DNA of 51,217 bases from NCBI GenBank assembly GCA_910584805.1, contig CAJUCB010000004.1, positions 1 to 51,217 of the forward strand, read 5' to 3'. This DNA comes from an uncultured Oscillospiraceae bacterium (GTDB lineage: Bacteria > Bacillota > Clostridia > Oscillospirales > Oscillospiraceae). A program made the translations under genes and the position numbers. Positions within the stretch are counted from its first letter, which is position 1. Every line of letters begins with the position of its first letter. The notes below the pieces were generated by a model. The model saw only the letters and a program-made list of their open reading frames with translations, did no database searches and had not been told where the DNA came from. Below are positions 46,637 through 51,217 of this stretch, piece by piece.

Positions 46637-47527
46637 TTAATAGGCATGTTTTCCACGGGAGAATGCGATAACTGTGCGGCGGTTGGGTTCCGCGCCGGTG
46701 GAATAGGTGACGATGTCGGGGTAGTCCTGCAAGGTCTCGTGGATTACGTGGCGCTCGTAGGCGTTCATGGGCTCTAAGGTGATGTTGCGGCGGTATTTGA
46801 CCACCTTCCCGGCCACCTTGGTGGCCAGGCGTTGGAGGGATTCCTCCCGCCGGGCCCGGTAGTTCTCCGCGTCCACGTGGATGCGCACCCGGTGGCTGCG
46901 GCCCCGGTTCACGGCGTAGTTGGTCAGCTGCTGGATGGCGTCCAGGGTCTCCCCCCGGTGGCCGATGAGGGAGCCCAGCTTTTCCCCTTCCAGGGTAACC
47001 TGCACCCCCCGCTCTCCCTGGGGCTGGACCTTCACCTGGGCGCTGACGCCCATGTGTTCCAGCAAGCCCAGAAGGAAGCCCTGGACCCGCTGTTCCAGCT
47101 CTGCCCCCTCCAACGGGGGGTCCTGGATGGCAGCGGCGGGTTGGGCGGCCTCTGGGGCAGCTTCCTCAGCGGGGTGGGGTGCCGGGGGGGCTTCCGGGAC
47201 GGGTTTTTCGGCGGGGGGCGCTGTCTGGGCCCCTTGCTCCGGCTGGCGGCTGCCCTTGGGGGCCCGCCGTTTGGGGGCGGCGGGTGTCTCCGGCTGGGGG
47301 GCGGCAGGGGCAGGCTGGGGGACGGGTTCCTGGGCCGGGGGGGCTTCGTCGGGGGCCTCGTAGGTCACTTTCACCTTAGCGGGGTTGCCGCCAAGGCCAA
47401 AAAAGCCGCTCTTGGCCCGCTCCAAGACCTCCACGGAAACACTGTCCCGGTCCAGCCCCAGCTGTTCCAGGGCGTTTTGGATGGCGGCATCTTCGTTCTT
47501 GCCGGTGGCTTCTATCCATTTCAACAT
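46637..47527 (-). CDS. jag: Jag/EloR (KhpB) RNA-binding protein
   Basis: Jag_N domain, KH LIGHRGETLDAIQ, R3H MNAYERHVIH. Confidence 0.95.
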   Translation of the reverse strand: MLKWIEATGKNEDAAIQNALEQLGLDRDSVSVEVLERAKSGFFGLGGNPAKVKVTYEAPDEAPPAQEPVPQPAPAAPQPETPAAPKRRAPKGSRQPEQGAQTAPPAEKPVPEAPPAPHPAEEAAPEAAQPAAAIQDPPLEGAELEQRVQGFLLGLLEHMGVSAQVKVQPQGERGVQVTLEGEKLGSLIGHRGETLDAIQQLTNYAVNRGRSHRVRIHVDAENYRARREESLQRLATKVAGKVVKYRRNITLEPMNAYERHVIHETLQDYPDIVTYSTGAEPNRRTVIAFSRGKHAY

Positions 47528-47541
47528 AAGGCCATCTCTCC

Positions 47542-48852
47542 TTATTCTTCTTCCTGTTCAGCCTGGATATTCTCCAAGGCCTGGGCCTCCAGCTCCTGGG
47601 TGGTCAGGGGGGCCGGGATGGCCTCCTCCTCCGCCGGGGCGGTGTCCACGGGGGCGGGATCGGCGGGGGCGGCAGGCGGGGGCGGCATGGCGGCGTCCTT
47701 CTTGCCCTTCCCGGCGGCCTTTTCCGCCATCATACGCTCCCGCTGCGCCTCCTGCTCCTGGACGATCTCGGCGATCTCCCGATAGGGGTAGCTGGGGTAG
47801 CGGTCGGGGTCATAGCTGCGGCCGCGGGCATAGGTGCGCATGCCCACCCGGCTGGCGGCGGCAAGGCTCTTGTTGACCTTGCGCTCCATCTGGATGCGGC
47901 GCATCTCCTCGGCGGCCTTTTTCTTGGCCTCGGCCTGGGCCTTCTTCTCCTGCTTGACCCGTTCCTTTTCCTCTTCCCTCCGCTTGACCTTGTCCTCTTC
48001 CAGCTTCTTCTGGTGCTTGCGCAGGAAGGGGATGTTCATGTACTCCTGGAGGATAGCAAAGACGCTGTTGGCAATCCAGTAGATGCCCAGGGCGGCGGGG
48101 AGGGTGAAGCAGATCCACAGGGAGAACAGGGGCATCATGAACATGGTCATTTTGGTGTTCTGGTCCATGGTGCGGCTGGCCCCGGTGATCTTGGCGTTGA
48201 CGCTGGTGGACACCCGGGTGGTGACGATGTTCAGCACCGCGGAGACCACGGGGATCATGAACAGCACAAAGGCTGGCAGCAGGTCCTCCTGTTTCCAGAA
48301 CATGAAATGAGGGGTGCTGCTGAGGTTTGCGCCCAGGAAGGAGAAGTCGATCATGGGCATATCCGACAGCTCCGGCACGGCGGAGGTGATGCGGTCGTGG
48401 TTCAAGAACACATCCTGGGCCATTTGCAGCTGCTGGTTCTTGTAGTCCAGCACCTCGCCATAGAGCAGGTTGGACACGGAGTTGAACATATCCTCCGACA
48501 TCCCCATCAGGTAGGTCAGGGGGCGGCGGATGACCAGGTAGAGCAGCATGAGGAAGGGCATGGGCAGGAACGACCACAGGCAGCCCCCGGAGGGCTTGAC
48601 CCCCTCCTCCTCGTAGAGCTTTTGCAGCTCGATGCTGTAGCGCTGTCTATCGCGCATGTACTTTTGTTGCAGGACCTTTTGCTTTTCCGCCAGGCCGCTC
48701 ATGGCCAGCATACTCTTGCGCCCTTTCAGGAAGACGGGGAAGAGGATCATACGCACCACCAGGCCGAAGAGGACCAGGGCGATGGCGTAGCTGCCGGTGA
48801 TCTCGTAGAACCACAGGATCAGCTTGGCGAATGGGGTGAGAATCATGGTCAT
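47542..48852 (-). CDS. yidC: YidC/Oxa1 membrane protein insertase with long C-terminal tail
   Basis: VRMILFP, KLYEEEGVKPSGGC, LPAALGIYW; position between yidD and jag. Confidence 0.92.
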   Translation of the reverse strand: MTMILTPFAKLILWFYEITGSYAIALVLFGLVVRMILFPVFLKGRKSMLAMSGLAEKQKVLQQKYMRDRQRYSIELQKLYEEEGVKPSGGCLWSFLPMPFLMLLYLVIRRPLTYLMGMSEDMFNSVSNLLYGEVLDYKNQQLQMAQDVFLNHDRITSAVPELSDMPMIDFSFLGANLSSTPHFMFWKQEDLLPAFVLFMIPVVSAVLNIVTTRVSTSVNAKITGASRTMDQNTKMTMFMMPLFSLWICFTLPAALGIYWIANSVFAILQEYMNIPFLRKHQKKLEEDKVKRREEEKERVKQEKKAQAEAKKKAAEEMRRIQMERKVNKSLAAASRVGMRTYARGRSYDPDRYPSYPYREIAEIVQEQEAQRERMMAEKAAGKGKKDAAMPPPPAAPADPAPVDTAPAEEEAIPAPLTTQELEAQALENIQAEQEEE

Positions 48853-48910
48853 GGAATCATTGCCTCCAAGTTTCTTGGGTCCCGGCGAACCGGGCAGGCG
48901 CGCCGCCCCC

Positions 48911-49129
48911 TCAGGGCACAGGGTCGTAGGCGATGCTGTCCTGTTTGTGGAAGGGGTGGCAGCGCAGGATGCGCCGCAAAGCTAACCACCCGCCTTTTAA
49001 GGCCCCGTATTTTTCAATGGCCTCCAGGGCGTAGGCGGAGCAGGTGGGGATGAAGCGGCAGCAAGGGGGGCGCAGAGGGGAGATGCCGCGCTGGTAGAAG
49101 CGGATCAGGGCCAGGAGCAGGGCTTTCAT
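48911..49129 (-). CDS. yidD: Membrane protein insertion efficiency factor
   Basis: YQRGISP...[11 protein letters not shown]...RILRCHPF...YDPVP. Confidence 0.94.
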   Translation of the reverse strand: MKALLLALIRFYQRGISPLRPPCCRFIPTCSAYALEAIEKYGALKGGWLALRRILRCHPFHKQDSIAYDPVP

Positions 49130-49503
49130 GGGGCGCCCTCCTTTTTGGGGGCCTTGTCCCCCGCCTCCTCCCGGGTCAGGCGCAGCTTTTTGGCCAGGCG
49201 CAGGAACTGTTCCTCCATCTGGGCATAGGGCCGCTGCACCGCCTGCATCCGGGCCACAATGACGATGTCGAAGCCCGGGCGCAGCAGGGCCTCGTGGGTG
49301 CGGTAGATGGCCCGCAGGCGGCGGCGGACCTTGTTGCGCACCACGGCATTGCCCAGCTTGGTGCCGGTGGTGAGCCCCAGGCGGTTTTCCCCCCTGCCGT
49401 TGGGACGGCAATAGAGGACCATGGTGGGGGCCACGGCGCTGCGGCCACGGGCGTAGAGCCGGCGGAAGAGCCTGTTTTCTTTTAAGGAGACGGTATACTT
49501 CAC
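49126..49503 (-). CDS. rnpA: Ribonuclease P protein component
   Basis: [27 protein letters not shown] start. Confidence 0.94.
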   Translation of the reverse strand: MKYTVSLKENRLFRRLYARGRSAVAPTMVLYCRPNGRGENRLGLTTGTKLGNAVVRNKVRRRLRAIYRTHEALLRPGFDIVIVARMQAVQRPYAQMEEQFLRLAKKLRLTREEAGDKAPKKEGAP

Positions 49504-49633
49504 GGTGTTTCTCCCCTGGGAGTACGGCGGGCAAGGGCATACCGGCGGCGGGTTTCCCGCCAAGCCAATAAGGGCGGTGGAAGCTGTTTCCCCGCCCTTT
49601 CTGGTGATCTGTCGATATGCGATTGCCCTGGCA

Positions 49634-49768
49634 TCAGTGGGTCAGGCGGGCACGGCCTTTGGCGCGGCGACGGGCCAGGACCTTGCGGCCATTGGCAGTG
49701 TGCATCCGCTTGCGGAAGCCGTGCTCCTTGGAGCGCTGACGCTTTTTGGGCTGATAGGTACGAACCAT
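49634..49768 (-). CDS. rpmH: 50S ribosomal protein L34
   Basis: [22 protein letters not shown]...[19 protein letters not shown]. Confidence 0.97.
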   Translation of the reverse strand: MVRTYQPKKRQRSKEHGFRKRMHTANGRKVLARRRAKGRARLTH

Positions 49769-49877
49769 TCCGATACACCTCCTGTATCTATTTCCAGCGG
49801 GACAGGCCCGCCCACCACAACGGCCGAGGGCAGCCCGGCCGCGGTTGTCAAAAGAAATGCGCAATTACATGAACGCT

Positions 49878-49907
49878 ATTATAAGGGAAGGGGGGGCGCT
49901 ATGTCAA
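49878..49907 (-). promoter_or_regulatory. rpmH promoter
   Basis: Minus strand TTGACA-N18-TATAAT. Confidence 0.75.
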
Positions 49908-49958
49908 GAGAAAATTTGCGATGGGGGCGGGTGCCCCAAGACAACCCCGCCAAATACC

Positions 49959-49987
49959 TTGCTATACCGCGAAAAATCTGGTATACT
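49959..49987 (+). promoter_or_regulatory. dnaA promoter
   Basis: TTGCTA-N17-TATACT with extended TG. Confidence 0.7.
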
Positions 49988-50048
49988 GAACTACTCAATA
50001 GAATTGTGGCAGAAAAAAGAGGCCCAGGGGCCAAAGGAGAGCAAATAT

Positions 50049-51217
50049 ATGAATCCCGCCATCGGAGTATGGGAAAAAATCCTGGATATGTTACGCAACC
50101 ACCTCACGGAGACCGCCGTGAACACCTGGTTTTCCGAAGTGGAGCCTGTGGCTCTGGAAGAGACCCGCTTCGTGCTGTACATCCCCTCCCCTATCATCCA
50201 AAACATCGTGCAAAACCGCTATGTGCCCGACATCCAAAAGGCGCTCTATGAGCTCTTCGCCTCGGAGATGGACGTGCTGATCCTGGGGGAAGGGCAGCGG
50301 GAGAAGTACACCCACAAGGACTCCTCCTCCCGCTTCCTCCCCGGCACGGAGGACTACACCTTCGAGCGCTTCGTGGTGGGCAGCTCCAACAAGTTTGCCC
50401 ACGCCGCCGCCCTGGCGGTGTCCCAAAAGCCCGGGGAGAGCTACAACCCCCTGTTCATCCACGGGGAGTCCGGCTTGGGCAAAACCCACCTGCTCTACGC
50501 CATCGCCCACGCCATCCACAACGCCCACCCCGACTACCGCATCGTCTACATCCGGGGGGACGCCTTCACCAACGAGCTCATCCGGGCCATCCAGAAGGGC
50601 AAGAACCAGGAGTTCCGGAACAAGTACCGCTCGGCGGACGTGTTCCTCATGGACGACGTGCAGTTCATCGCCGGCCGGGACTCCACCCAGGAGGAGATGT
50701 TCCACACCTTCAACACCCTCTTTGAGGAAAAAAAGCAGATCGTCTTTACCGCCGACCGTCCCCCCAAGGAGATGCTGCGCCTAGAGGACCGCTTGAAAAC
50801 CCGCTTTGAATGGGGCCTGCTGGCGGACATCCAGCCCCCGGACTACGAAACCCGTATGGCCATCATCAAGAACAAGTCCATCCGCATGGGGGTGGAGCTG
50901 CCGGAAGAGGTTTTGCAATATGTGGCGGAGAACATCACCGCCAACGTGCGGCAGATCGAGGGCACCGTGAACAAAATCCTGGCCTACCGGGACCTGCTGG
51001 ACAGCAAGGTGGACGCCACCTCCGTCACCCGGGCGGTGCGGGACATGCTCAAGGACACCACGGACATCCTCCCCACCCCCGACGTAATCATCGACGAGGT
51101 GAGCAAGTTCTTCAACATGACCGAGACGGCCCTCCGGGGCCAGGCCCGGGCCAAGGACACCACCTTCCCCCGGCACATCGCCATGTACCTGATCCGGGAG
51201 ATGACCAAGCTCTCCCT
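50049..51217 (+). CDS. dnaA: Chromosomal replication initiator DnaA (3' truncated by window; absent from ORF track)
   Basis: Manual translation: MNPAIGVWEKIL...YTFERFVVGSSNKFA...YNPLFIHGESGLGKTHLL...DDVQF...RLKTRFEWGL; AAGGAG RBS. Confidence 0.96.
   Translation, partial: MNPAIGVWEKILDMLRNHLTETAVNTWFSEVEPVALEETRFVLYIPSPIIQNIVQNRYVPDIQKALYELFASEMDVLILGEGQREKYTHKDSSSRFLPGTEDYTFERFVVGSSNKFAHAAALAVSQKPGESYNPLFIHGESGLGKTHLLYAIAHAIHNAHPDYRIVYIRGDAFTNELIRAIQKGKNQEFRNKYRSADVFLMDDVQFIAGRDSTQEEMFHTFNTLFEEKKQIVFTADRPPKEMLRLEDRLKTRFEWGLLADIQPPDYETRMAIIKNKSIRMGVELPEEVLQYVAENITANVRQIEGTVNKILAYRDLLDSKVDATSVTRAVRDMLKDTTDILPTPDVIIDEVSKFFNMTETALRGQARAKDTTFPRHIAMYLIREMTKLS

Overview
GC-rich Clostridia-type (Oscillospiraceae-like, inferred) chromosomal segment ending in the jag-yidC-yidD-rnpA-rpmH // dnaA cluster; dnaA runs off the right edge and a tRNA 3' end sits at the left edge. 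Most of the window is housekeeping: tatD, mfd, pth, prs, PrsA-like PPIase, htrA, T-box-controlled metNIQ, cinA, thiI, comM/yifB, lexA with an SOS box, rlmB, a DEAD-box helicase, ricT and holB. Accessory or unusual elements: (1) a BceRS/BceAB-like peptide-resistance module with a frameshifted kinase, split by an orphan endolysin-like amidase and a promoter-plus-hairpin putative sRNA; (2) a FeoA domain fused directly to a FeoB membrane domain with no GTPase; (3) an AT-richer lactococcin-972-type transporter islet with no precursor gene and a 4-residue deletion after Walker A; (4) an Rpn-like PD-(D/E)XK nuclease gene with an in-frame internal RBS/ATG, suggesting an intragenic antitoxin; (5) a degenerate P1B-ATPase-like membrane protein; (6) an SDR resembling bile-acid HSDHs; (7) three hairpin-rich repeat elements, one flanked by a 22-bp duplication of the comM 3' end. 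No CRISPR array, rRNA, integrase or intact IS was seen. All family calls come from motif recognition by eye, not database searches.
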